Of a DNA stretch of 64,000 nucleotides, positions 63,977 through 64,000 are shown one piece after another. The notes beneath the pieces were generated by a model, which was given only the letters and a program-made list of their open reading frames with translations, made no database searches and was not told the DNA's origin. The stretch is taken from the sequence record MG592456.1, one strand, 5' to 3'. The position numbers were made by a program, and so were the translations under genes. Within the stretch, counting starts at the first letter, position 1, and each line of letters opens with the position of its first letter.

Positions 63977-64000
63977 TACCCATTGCCATCGCATTCGCTA

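Noticed and set aside
1-64000. tRNA or rRNA genes, IS elements, integrase, group I introns, and remaining alternate-frame ORFs in the track
   Set aside because: No supporting motifs seen; the alternate-frame ORFs overlap better-supported genes and lack initiation signals

Overview
A gene-dense 64-kb segment of a large T4-like (Straboviridae-type) myophage. The host is probably a marine Vibrio; this is inferred from KVP40/nt-1-like content (long gp46, NatV, queuosine-pathway genes) and no database search was run. Core T4 homologues are gp24-like, gp55, gp47, gp46, gp45, gp44, gp62, RegA, gp43, RnlA, spanins, PseT, gp31, gp49, RnlB, rIIA, rIIB and Dda. Accessory content includes a 7-deazaguanine DNA-modification locus (queD, unknown gene, folE, an unannotated 55-aa Cys-rich ORF, dpdA-like, queF, queC, stand-alone Ntn amidotransferase; no queE in the window), ADP-ribose/NAD enzymes, an ArdA-like protein beside an N6-adenine MTase, and a KcsA-like K+ channel. 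Most unusual signals: (1) two intergenic elements 42 kb apart sharing a 24-nt leader followed by TTAG at exact 9-nt periodicity; (2) an ORF-free, antisense-oriented structured RNA candidate with its own minus-strand terminator; (3) late-promoter-linked proteins with capsid-targeting-like N-termini, i.e. a putative injected payload; (4) LxxFFG clamp-binding-like motifs shared by gp43 and two modification-locus proteins; (5) many sigma70 promoters embedded in unrelated inverted repeats. No tRNA, rRNA, CRISPR array or intron could be supported. Family assignments come from motif recognition by eye and need HMM or structure confirmation.
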